A stretch of DNA of 64,000 nucleotides, taken from Candidatus Bathyarchaeota archaeon (GTDB lineage Archaea > Thermoproteota > Bathyarchaeia > Bathyarchaeales > Bathycorpusculaceae). Of this stretch, positions 52,247 through 61,062 are shown piece by piece (the stretch's first letter is position 1; each line of letters starts with the position of its first letter). Location: assembly GCA_963739305.1 (NCBI GenBank), contig CAVTZU010000015.1, positions 32,001 through 96,000 on the forward strand, given 5' to 3'. Under the pieces are notes generated by a model that was not told the DNA's origin, searched no databases, and saw nothing but the letters and a program-made list of their open reading frames with translations. Position numbers and translations under genes: made by a program.

Positions 52247-52522
52247 CTACTCCTTGACAACGTCTTCCTCGGACACTGGTTCAGGCGTTCGATGCGGAAA
52301 CAGTATTCCCAGACACAACAGTGAAAAACCAGCTATCATTGAAGCTACTCCGAAAGCCACAAAAGAAAAAAACACAAAGTGGCTCACGTACCCAAATTGT
52401 CCAATGTAGTATACGTCTCGGTAATAGAAGGCCTGATCGAGATTGGAAATTATTATCAGAAATACTATCATTCCAATGAAATTCAGCACAAGACCCAGAC
52501 CCAAAGCAAATTGTCGGATCAT
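52247..52522 (-). CDS. Small membrane protein
   Basis: Two TM helices. Confidence 0.55.
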   Translation of the reverse strand: MIRQFALGLGLVLNFIGMIVFLIIISNLDQAFYYRDVYYIGQFGYVSHFVFFSFVAFGVASMIAGFSLLCLGILFPHRTPEPVSEEDVVKE

Positions 52523-52639
52523 ATCTTCAGTTCTGAGACTGAATTTCTTTTAAGTCTTACTACGCCCAGGCTAAATAGAATTCAACGTTTTGCACATCAA
52601 AACGCAACTATTCGAAACGCGCGCGTCCAGGTTTTTCTT

Positions 52640-52957
52640 TCAGCCACTAGTTTTCTCAGGTTCTCCTTTCTTAGGCTTTTCAGCCTCTTCCTTCTTAACG
52701 ACCAACACTTCTTCGCCAACGGTCTCTCGGGCCACTTTCAACTTGACTTCTCGTATCAACGTCACTCCGCGACTCGAAACTATGGACCCCGCCCAAACCA
52801 CAATTGCAAAAATAAAGAACACCGACAAGACGTTGACAAAGGAAGAAGAGAACACTCTCGTAGAATCGGTGCCTGAAGCCGGAACCAACTGGGGCAAGCC
52901 CATCCCTCCGAGCAAAATTGAATAAGCCAGCAACATCGGGAAAACGACGAAAACCAA
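52640..52957 (-). CDS. Membrane protein (start uncertain; frame open to ~52996)
   Basis: Two TM helices and a charged tail; upstream in-frame GKGYVLLAVG lacks a canonical start. Confidence 0.55.
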   Translation of the reverse strand: MVFVVFPMLLAYSILLGGMGLPQLVPASGTDSTRVFSSSFVNVLSVFFIFAIVVWAGSIVSSRGVTLIREVKLKVARETVGEEVLVVKKEEAEKPKKGEPEKTSG

Positions 52958-53143
52958 ACCGACCGCGAGCAGAACATAACCCTTGCCAGTTTCACCTCAC
53001 CCTGCATCGATTCATTCTCCAAAAAGCGCGCGTCAAGATGGTAACACGCGCGACCAAAAGCTATTTGACCAAAAGAAATAGTCTATCGTAGGGAAGTGTG
53101 GGCCGTGAAGACGGTGACCGTAAAGGGAACATCGACAAATGCC

Positions 53144-53413
53144 ATGCCGTGTGAACATGGACGAAGGGGACGCCAAGACATTATCATGGGCATCCTGAAG
53201 ATTGCAGAGTATGGAAGCACGAAAGGCAGGATGATTAACAAATTAAATATGAGTTCGGCCCAATGCAACAGATATCTCGTGGAGCTTAAGGAAGCAGGTT
53301 ATGTTACTGAAGTCGGTCGCCTCTGGGAAACAACCAACAAAGGACAGCAAGTTATTGATGCCTGCAAAATCTGTCACAATCTCATGAGTCTGACAGCACC
53401 GCCCACCCGCTAG
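53144..53413 (+). CDS. Archaeal winged-helix protein (HTH_45/DUF4364-like)
   Basis: RRGRQDIIMGIL...NMSSAQCNRYLVEL...TTNKG. Confidence 0.8.
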   Translation: MPCEHGRRGRQDIIMGILKIAEYGSTKGRMINKLNMSSAQCNRYLVELKEAGYVTEVGRLWETTNKGQQVIDACKICHNLMSLTAPPTR

Positions 53414-53494
53414 ACGCGCATCGGCGTACAAGTTTCATACAAGTACGGAAATAAGAAGACTTGCGCGCCTTGTTGTTTTGGGGCAGAATTGAGG

Positions 53495-53605
53495 AAGGAG
53501 AGTGTGCCACGTTCTCATCATAACTCAACATGTACGCGTGCGCGTACAAGGCAAATTAAAGGAGATGAGGAATGAGGAGAAGACTAGTTGCGTGGCACAC
53601 CTCTA
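53495..53605 (-). ncRNA. Candidate structured small RNA
   Basis: Nested stems 53502-53511/53591-53600, 53512-53519/53564-53571 and 53531-53537/53542-53548; TTTATATG TATA at 53635-53628 on the minus strand. Confidence 0.4.
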
Positions 53606-53870
53606 TTCTATCAATTGATAACTGAATCATATAAATGTGCCATGCAACAAGAGGTTTTCAGGCGTATCACTTACCATTGATGTTGTCTTCCAAGTTTTCA
53701 AAGCATGCATGCGAACTTGCCACTCTGATAACGGCAAACAAAGGGCTTTTGATTCATTCAGCGCGCGCTAGTGGATGCAAGTCAATCTTGCTGTTTAATT
53801 TTTTTCAGCATTGCATTTGCATTTTGGTTATCTGGGTTCAGCTCGCGAAAGTTGACAATGAATGGAACTT

Positions 53871-54457
53871 TCATTCCAGTGATGCTCTTTCCTTCTTCAG
53901 TTTCTCTTGTATCTCAAGGAGCTTCTTCAACGCTTTGTCCATCGTCTCAGCATTCAGCTCTCGGCCTCTAACCTCTTCTCCAATTTTCTCTAGCCTTTCC
54001 GCTATATGTGGCCTCTCAAGCTCAGGAGCAACCTCTTCCTCTTCATCCAACTCATTAGTCAACCCTGATTTTTCACCGTCCTTCCCATCAACATGCCTCA
54101 TCATCAATGCCTCTCGAATCTCCATGCGCAGCTTCGAGTCAACAACCTCCTTCAAAGCCAAGAGCAACACCGTCTCCAAATGAACCTGCTCCGCCATCCA
54201 TATGCACGAAGTAACGACCTTGCCTAAACCAACCCAGCAAGACTCGACAATAATCCTCAAAGCACTCAATGCTCTATTGTCCTCGAAGCAACCATATCCC
54301 GCAGCATCGCCAAAACAACCAACGCAGAACCACAAGACAAAACCACCCGAAGAAACCGCTCGACCGGCTCACAAGGACGCAGCTCCTCACGCCCACAAAC
54401 ACGCTTATACGCGCCCCAAACCTCAGCATCAACCCAAAAACCCGTCTGCTTCTTCAA
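53871..54457 (-). pseudogene. Ribbon-helix-helix-like hypothetical gene interrupted by about 2 frameshifts
   Basis: MKKQTGFWVDAEVWGAYKRVC..., then FEDYCRVLLGWFRQGRYFVHMDG, then EQVHLETVLLLALKEVVD in successive frames. Confidence 0.5.
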
Positions 54458-54538
54458 AAAACCTTACCAAACAATATTACAACCAACGTTACAAAAAAAC
54501 CAACCGGACCCTCCAACAACAACCATCAAAAGCACAGC

Positions 54539-54958
54539 CTAAAGCGTCTTCCTAAAAAACGTCCTCAAAGTCTCATAAACCGACGTAACCGCAGCGATCA
54601 TGATCACCACCAACGAAAACACGTACTCCCTCGACAAAACCGGCGGCCTCAAAAAAACCGTCAAAAACACCAAAGAAGACCCAAAAAACACCGCGTAAAA
54701 AAAGTTCCTCGGAACCAAAAAACTCCTCAGACGAACCAGATTCTCAAGAACCACACGATCAGCAACATAACCATCCAGCTCCTTCCTCACCAACCCCGCC
54801 TCCTCAAGCTTACTAATATGATACAAAGCCAAAGTCGGACTGCTCAACCCCAAGCCCCTCTGAACCTCACGAATCCCAACAGGACCATCATGCTTCAAAA
54901 CAAACTTGTAAACCCTCAACGTCAAACCCCTCAAAACATCCCTCGACTCATCACTCAT
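54539..54958 (-). CDS. Membrane-anchored wHTH regulator
   Basis: TLRVYKFV...VGIREVQRGLGLSSPTLALYHISKL plus two C-terminal TM helices. Confidence 0.85.
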   Translation of the reverse strand: MSDESRDVLRGLTLRVYKFVLKHDGPVGIREVQRGLGLSSPTLALYHISKLEEAGLVRKELDGYVADRVVLENLVRLRSFLVPRNFFYAVFFGSSLVFLTVFLRPPVLSREYVFSLVVIMIAAVTSVYETLRTFFRKTL

Positions 54959-55098
54959 CTCACCCAAGAGCCTCAGCCTCCACAACAAAAAGAAATACCC
55001 CCTGAACCGTTTAAAAAATCATCGTACAAACAATTAGAACAACCGTACAAAAACATAGAATTAACTCCCACACCAGACACACACTACTAACGGTGGCA

Positions 55099-56205
55099 AT
55101 GAAAACCAGCAAAGAACTCATCATGGCTTCAATCCTAGCAATCGGCCTATCCGCTGGACTTGTGGCACTAAGCAACGGCCTCTTCTCTGAACCGATGCCC
55201 GCCGCCAAACTCACCCTTCTAGACGCCTTCTCCTCAAAAGGCGGCGTAGGCATCAACAACACAGGTGGAGGCTTCGAACCCCTCGACAACGTCTCCATCT
55301 ACGCTTATCTAACTCAAGGAGGAAGCGGCCTGCAAAACCACACAGTCACTTTCTACGTACAAACCCCAGCCAACACCCAAACCACCATAACAGCCATGAC
55401 CAACGAGTTCGGCCTAGCCGAAGCAAACATACCCCTCCTCCCCACCGAAGGCCACGTCATCGGAACATGGCACATCCAAACAGACACCACCGTCGACAAC
55501 CAAAACCTCACCGACACCCTCAACTTCCAATGCCAAGCCCAAAAACCCAAGATGGACTTCTTCTTCGAAAGAAACGGGGTCTCCAGCATCTCCTTTCTCC
55601 CCCACGACCTCCTTTCTCTTGAGGCGCAACTCTCATACAGAGACACCTCAATCGCTGGAACCCCGGTCACTTTTGACGTCAAAAGTCCAAACGGCACAGA
55701 ATTCCTCCAACAAACAGAGACCACCAACGAAAACGGAACAGCAAACATCACCCTTCAACTGCCGTGGCCTTCAAACCAAACCCTAGGAATCTGGCAAGCA
55801 TCCGCAACAGCAGAAGTATTCGAACAACCCCTAAACGCCACCGCACACTGCGAATGCTACCTTGCCCCAACGACACTAGACGTATTCACCCAAAAAGCCG
55901 GCGAAGGACCAAACACCCAAGGCGGAAACTTCGCCCTCAACGAATCCGTAACCCTCTACTCAGAAGTCCGCGACGACTACAACCAAACCGTACCGGGTCT
56001 AGTCATAGGCTTCGAAATCAGAGGCCCAAACGGAACAGATATTGCCTACCTCGTACAGACAACCAACTCCTCAGGAACCGCCGACGCAACATTCCGAATC
56101 CCCCCAGACGCCTCATACATCGGAACATTCGAAATCTACGCAAGAACACGATACAACGACAACGTACTACTCGACACCCTCACCTTCACAACCACCCAAA
56201 ACTAA
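55099..56205 (+). CDS. Secreted/anchored protein with three Ig-like repeats
   Basis: Signal anchor; repeated V.F.V..PNGT...TN..G.A...G.W and LD.F..K.G.G.N. Confidence 0.8.
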   Translation: MKTSKELIMASILAIGLSAGLVALSNGLFSEPMPAAKLTLLDAFSSKGGVGINNTGGGFEPLDNVSIYAYLTQGGSGLQNHTVTFYVQTPANTQTTITAMTNEFGLAEANIPLLPTEGHVIGTWHIQTDTTVDNQNLTDTLNFQCQAQKPKMDFFFERNGVSSISFLPHDLLSLEAQLSYRDTSIAGTPVTFDVKSPNGTEFLQQTETTNENGTANITLQLPWPSNQTLGIWQASATAEVFEQPLNATAHCECYLAPTTLDVFTQKAGEGPNTQGGNFALNESVTLYSEVRDDYNQTVPGLVIGFEIRGPNGTDIAYLVQTTNSSGTADATFRIPPDASYIGTFEIYARTRYNDNVLLDTLTFTTTQN

Positions 56206-56273
56206 CCAACCCAACAGAACAGATCGCTTCTCCAACCTTCTCGAACACCTCTAATTCAAGCCCGCAATAGACA

Positions 56274-56714
56274 TCATGAAAAGAGCGCTATAGACAAGTA
56301 AAGCAAGTACCCAAGAATCAAAGAAAAAACCCACAGCAACCAGAGAGGCCGCATCAGACGCGTCCTCCTGTAGCACGTCAAGTTGGGTGCACGAAACCGC
56401 CATTCCAGAACCAAAAATAATCCCAGAACAAGAACCGTCACCCCGATCGGCACATGAACCCACGTGATGATAACGGCAGGACTCAAAAGATCCGTAAGAA
56501 GAATGTTCAACAAAACTGCAAAAGACGGAACCATAATCACGGGCACCGAGATGCAATGGAGGACGACTGCAACGGTGACAGCGAACCCATGTGCTCTGAT
56601 TCTTCCCTTCCGAGCGAAAACAAAGCGGCCGACAAGCAGAGCAACAGTGACCGCGATTTCTAGGAAAAGACCGATGTCCGAAGTCCACGGAGCCTTTCCT
56701 AAGACACCCACCAT
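56274..56714 (-). CDS. DUF420-like membrane protein
   Basis: Four TM helices with His residues (RAHG, LHC, VHVPIG). Confidence 0.7.
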   Translation of the reverse strand: MVGVLGKAPWTSDIGLFLEIAVTVALLVGRFVFARKGRIRAHGFAVTVAVVLHCISVPVIMVPSFAVLLNILLTDLLSPAVIITWVHVPIGVTVLVLGLFLVLEWRFRAPNLTCYRRTRLMRPLWLLWVFSLILGYLLYLSIALFS

Positions 56715-57046
56715 GAAACCGAGTTAGTACATAACACACATTAATATCTTTGTCAGCGCGCCCAGCACTGACGGGTTCTTCCTCCATGATCGGAACATAA
56801 AGCCTAGGAAAAAGTGGATGCTGAACACTAACTAAACTGCCCGAAACCATAATTTGCTTTCCACGACCTCACCCTTCCATTTCTGCATTCAACACAAGAA
56901 GACGCTTTAGAAGAAGGATCCAGTATCTTTGGCGAAACTCCTCACTTTTGCCATACTATTTTACGTTACTGAAGACACGAGACATCAAAAACTTAAGAAC
57001 CTCCAGATCAAAATGAAAGTGTCCTCAGACAAAAAGGTAGCAGCCT

Positions 57047-57895
57047 GTGTACTCGAAACCGCAGACCACTCAGAAAACCAACAATCCGCACAACGTGCCA
57101 ATCTCGAGCTCAACGAGTATCCGAGTCTACTCGGACACACGACCCCATAACTGGAAAATCTCTGATCTACAGAAGGGTCTGATACTCGTTCAAGGCGAAA
57201 CGGAGACCGTGGGGGAAGGAACCGGTTTTGGAGTTCCCGTGCTATTGTACTCAGATGAAACATGCTTTTCGGGGACCTCAACAGTTCAGGTCGCCCCGCG
57301 AAATGACTGTACGATCATCAGAAAGGAGTTCTTCATGGACAGGATCACAAGGAACAGATTTAGAAACGTCACCCTTGAAAACCGAAAAGCCCGCGATCTG
57401 ATCGCCCTCTTGGCCCGACTGTATCAACTCTATCCGAAATTGAGGTCTCTAAAGTTTAAAGGCCTCGCCAGAAACATCGACATTGACACGGTCTTTGTCA
57501 AGAAAAAACCAAGGGGCAAAGTAATCGTGACTTACGTCACAAGTGAGCGGCAAGTCTCAATCAACGCCAATTTCAAACACTTGAAAACCGACGATCTTGA
57601 GCGCCTGTTCATGCTGAACGAGCAAGGATCAAGATTCTACCGAAGATATTCTGACTCTTCAGGAACAGAATTGACGGACACAAAGATAGGAGCCTGGAAC
57701 GGAATAGACGCAGATTGGGCCGCTCTGACCACCCTGCATGGCGAGCGTGGCTTTCGGCTATGGACAAAAGAAAAAAGCATTCTCCGAAGAGGCAGGGAAT
57801 TCCTAAATGATTCCCTCGACTGGGTCGGCCTAGACTACGAGATACACCCGGGCACCAACGTCTTCAAATACCGAATCGAAATTCTAGGCAAGTGA
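57047..57895 (+). CDS. Conserved hypothetical protein
   Basis: LQKGL, GEGTGFGVP, LNEQG, GRE...LDWVGLDY; coupled to the radical SAM gene (GTGA overlap). Confidence 0.75.
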   Translation: MYSKPQTTQKTNNPHNVPISSSTSIRVYSDTRPHNWKISDLQKGLILVQGETETVGEGTGFGVPVLLYSDETCFSGTSTVQVAPRNDCTIIRKEFFMDRITRNRFRNVTLENRKARDLIALLARLYQLYPKLRSLKFKGLARNIDIDTVFVKKKPRGKVIVTYVTSERQVSINANFKHLKTDDLERLFMLNEQGSRFYRRYSDSSGTELTDTKIGAWNGIDADWAALTTLHGERGFRLWTKEKSILRRGREFLNDSLDWVGLDYEIHPGTNVFKYRIEILGK

Positions 57896-59259
57896 AGAAA
57901 ATGACTGAAGTCACCTTGGTCTACCCGTATTTTCATCCCTCAAACGACGATTCGATTTTCCGTTTTCCACCCCTAGGTCTGGGATACATAGCTAGCTACT
58001 TGAAAAAACACGGCATCTCAGTCGAACTCGTTGACTGCACTTTCATGGGAATGAACAGCGCCCTAGAAAAAATCAGACAGTCACATCCCAAAATCATCGG
58101 CATTCAGGTAATGTTTTCGATGAAAGAGAAAGCTCTCCAAATGGCTCAGACCCTGAGAAAAAACTGCGACCTTCTCGTCGCGGGTGGACCACTTCCAACC
58201 TCAAACCCCGAAGATTTCCTTCAATTCTTTGACGTAGTCGGAATTGGAGAGGGCGAGGAGACGATGCTTGAACTTACCAAAGCATTCGCTAATGGAAAAA
58301 CAATGAAGAATGTGAAGGGAATTGCCTACAAGGAAAACGGCGTAACCGTCTTCACTCCACCGCGAGATTTTATAGAGAACCTCGACGAGATCCCATTTCC
58401 CGCAAGAGAAATTTTCGACAATCAAACCTACAAGACCTATTATTCAAAGAACTTCGGTTACACAACCACGTCCGTGATGACTTCAAGAGGCTGCCCATTC
58501 GAGTGCGACTTCTGCAGCCGCCCAGTTTTCGGGAACGGCTTCAGATCGAGAACAGCTAAAAACATCGTTGAAGAAGTCCAAGCAGTCCACGACCTCGGCT
58601 ATGAACGTGTGTGGTTCGCCGATGACTGTTTCACCCTGGGCCGAACACGCTTTCTAAACATCTGCAACGAACTCATTCGCCGACGTCTCGACGTCGGCTG
58701 GGAGTGCCTCTCAAGAGTCGACACAATAGATGAAGAAGTAGCCGAAAAAATGAAGAAAGCAGGATGTGTCCGCGTATTCTTTGGCATAGAATCAGGAAAC
58801 GACTCAGTCTTGAAGATTATGAAAAAACAAATCACCATCAAGCAAGCTAAAGAAGCAGTCCAAACCTGCAAAAAAGCCGGAATCCAAGTCGGAGCCTTCT
58901 TCATCCTCGGCTACCCAGGCGAAACCGACAGGACCATACTCGACACAGTCAACTTCGCGTCATTACTACCGCTCGATTATCTGTCCTTCACCTTCCCGTA
59001 CCCAATACCGGGCACTCCACTGTTTGAAAGAGTGAAGAGCAGCATGATTACAGGGGAATGGACAGAGCCTGACAACCTGCACGTCATAAAACACAAACTG
59101 CTCTTTCAATCGCCCTTCTCGGAGTCTAAACTCAAATTCGCCCTTTTCAAAGGAATGACCCAGCACTACATCAGAAAGTACCTCGGGAACACGTTCTACA
59201 ATCTAATTGGCAACCCATTCGCAAAAACTTCAGAAGCACTGTATCGAGTCCTGAACTGA
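57892..59259 (+). CDS. B12-binding radical SAM protein
   Basis: PLGLGYIAS, GGP, GEGE, SRGCPFECDFC, GIESG. Confidence 0.93.
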   Translation: MKKMTEVTLVYPYFHPSNDDSIFRFPPLGLGYIASYLKKHGISVELVDCTFMGMNSALEKIRQSHPKIIGIQVMFSMKEKALQMAQTLRKNCDLLVAGGPLPTSNPEDFLQFFDVVGIGEGEETMLELTKAFANGKTMKNVKGIAYKENGVTVFTPPRDFIENLDEIPFPAREIFDNQTYKTYYSKNFGYTTTSVMTSRGCPFECDFCSRPVFGNGFRSRTAKNIVEEVQAVHDLGYERVWFADDCFTLGRTRFLNICNELIRRRLDVGWECLSRVDTIDEEVAEKMKKAGCVRVFFGIESGNDSVLKIMKKQITIKQAKEAVQTCKKAGIQVGAFFILGYPGETDRTILDTVNFASLLPLDYLSFTFPYPIPGTPLFERVKSSMITGEWTEPDNLHVIKHKLLFQSPFSESKLKFALFKGMTQHYIRKYLGNTFYNLIGNPFAKTSEALYRVLN

Positions 59260-59370
59260 CTTTCGCGAAAACCTGAAGCCCAGCGGCATGGGTTCCAGAT
59301 AATTTTGAAGCAACTCTTAAGTTTCACCGTCGCATAAAAGCATAGCAAAACGAATCTGGCTGGGCAACAT

Positions 59371-60462
59371 TTGGACATCGAAACAAAAATCGAGTTAGTC
59401 TGCAGACCTCCGACTGACGAAGTCTTGACTGTGAAGCAATTGCGATCACTCCTTCAAACTGAAGAGCATCCGATAGCCTACAACGGTTGGGAACCATCAG
59501 GTCTGGTTCACCTTGGAACAGGCGTCATCTGCGCCTACAAGATGAAAGACTTCATCCAAGCTGGAATAAGATTCAAAGCCTATCTATCTACATGGCATGC
59601 GTGGCTAAACAGCAAACTCGGCGGCGATCTCAGTCTAATCAAGAAAGCAGCAGACCTCTTCAGACACTCATGGATTGCGCTTGGCGTCCCCAAGAACGGA
59701 GTCGAATTCATCTACTCAGACCAATTGTATGATGATATAGACTATTGGTCAAAGACGATTCGAGTCGCCAAGGAACTGACCTTACGAAGAACCAGAAGAA
59801 CATTGGAAATCGCTGGAAGACAGAAAACAGAGGCGCATCGCGTCTCAGACTTCTTGTACACGCCCATGCAGGTCGCAGACATATTCCACATGGAAGTCAA
59901 GATATGCCAGCTCGGCATGGACCAACGAAAAGCGAATGTGGTGAGCCGAGAGCTAGGCGAGAGACTGGGGTTCTGGAAACCCGTCTGCGTTCACCACCAT
60001 TTGCTCCAAGGCCTGGAAAAGCCATCCACCTGGCCAATTCCGAAAGGTCGAGAAAGAAAAGAAGCCATATCTTCTGCAAAAATGTCCAAGAGCAAACCAG
60101 AATCATGCATCTTCATCTACGACACGCCAGAATCAATAAGGGAAAAAGTGTCCAAAGCCTTCTGCCCAGAAAAGGCAGTCGAGTTCAACCCGATTGTGGA
60201 CATAGCAAAACACATAATCTTCAGGGAAAAGAAAACCTTCAGGATTGAGCGACCATCAAAATTCGGCGGCACCGTGGATTTTCAGACTTTCCAAGAGCTT
60301 GAAAAATCTTACTCGGAAGGAAAACTTCACCCGTTGGACCTAAAAAACGCCGTTTCAGATGAATTAGCAGGCTTACTTGAGCCTGTAAGAAGATATTTTG
60401 ACGTCAATAGAGAAGCAAAAGAGTGTCTGGACATCGTAAAGAAGGCAGTGATAACAAGGTAG
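59371..60462 (+). CDS. tyrS: Tyrosine-tRNA ligase
   Basis: YNGWEPSGLVHLG, YTPMQVAD, GMDQRK, KMSKS, LHPLDLK. Confidence 0.96.
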   Translation: MDIETKIELVCRPPTDEVLTVKQLRSLLQTEEHPIAYNGWEPSGLVHLGTGVICAYKMKDFIQAGIRFKAYLSTWHAWLNSKLGGDLSLIKKAADLFRHSWIALGVPKNGVEFIYSDQLYDDIDYWSKTIRVAKELTLRRTRRTLEIAGRQKTEAHRVSDFLYTPMQVADIFHMEVKICQLGMDQRKANVVSRELGERLGFWKPVCVHHHLLQGLEKPSTWPIPKGRERKEAISSAKMSKSKPESCIFIYDTPESIREKVSKAFCPEKAVEFNPIVDIAKHIIFREKKTFRIERPSKFGGTVDFQTFQELEKSYSEGKLHPLDLKNAVSDELAGLLEPVRRYFDVNREAKECLDIVKKAVITR

Positions 60463-60467
60463 AATTC

Positions 60468-60884
60468 TTGTCTACGCACCTGCGAGAAAAACTGGAAAGG
60501 ATCCAGCGAGTTCTAGAATGCCTAGTGCAGGAGTCAGCAAGAGGAATTCCAATAATCGTCGAAGGCAAGAACGATGTTCAAACACTAAGACATTTGTGTG
60601 TGCAAGGAAAAATCATGTGTGCCAAAACAGCAGGAAAGTCCAGGCTTGATCTCCTTGGGCAGATCGAAGAGGGTAGATTCAGAGAAGTGATATTGCTCTT
60701 TGATTTCGACAGACGAGGAAAAGAATGGACCGAGACCATCAAAGAAAACTTGGAAAGGACAAAAATAAAGCCGAACCTCGAATTCTCGAATGAGCTTCAA
60801 GTCCTAGTTGGGAGGGAAGTCAAAGACATCGAAGGCCTAGCTTCCTACCTTGAAACACTACGTGAGAAGACAGGGCAAACATAG
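60468..60884 (+). CDS. Small Toprim domain protein
   Basis: IIVEGKND, LLFDFDRRG, KDIEGL. Confidence 0.88.
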   Translation: MSTHLREKLERIQRVLECLVQESARGIPIIVEGKNDVQTLRHLCVQGKIMCAKTAGKSRLDLLGQIEEGRFREVILLFDFDRRGKEWTETIKENLERTKIKPNLEFSNELQVLVGREVKDIEGLASYLETLREKTGQT

Positions 60885-60978
60885 GTTGAGAAGGCTTAAA
60901 AGGCAGGTTTGAGTCAGAAAAGCTTAAAATGTTTGAGCAGTAATTCATAAGTGTAATAAGTAGTAGATGTTAAGACTG

Positions 60979-61021
60979 AATCTCGTGATTCGAGAGGAAA
61001 ACAATCTCAATTCACGCGATT
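60979..61021 (+). promoter_or_regulatory. Hairpin in the dnaG leader
   Basis: AATCTCGTGA...GAGA GGAAAACAA TCTC...TCACGCGATT. Confidence 0.45.
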
Positions 61022-61062
61022 AACGAGTTGACCCTTAACTAATCACTAGGAGGTGTACGATT

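Noticed and set aside
54202-55090. Long plus-strand Q/K/P/N-rich ORFs (also 49168-49932 and 25339-25923)
   Set aside because: Shadow ORFs antisense to real genes, kept open by strong compositional skew.
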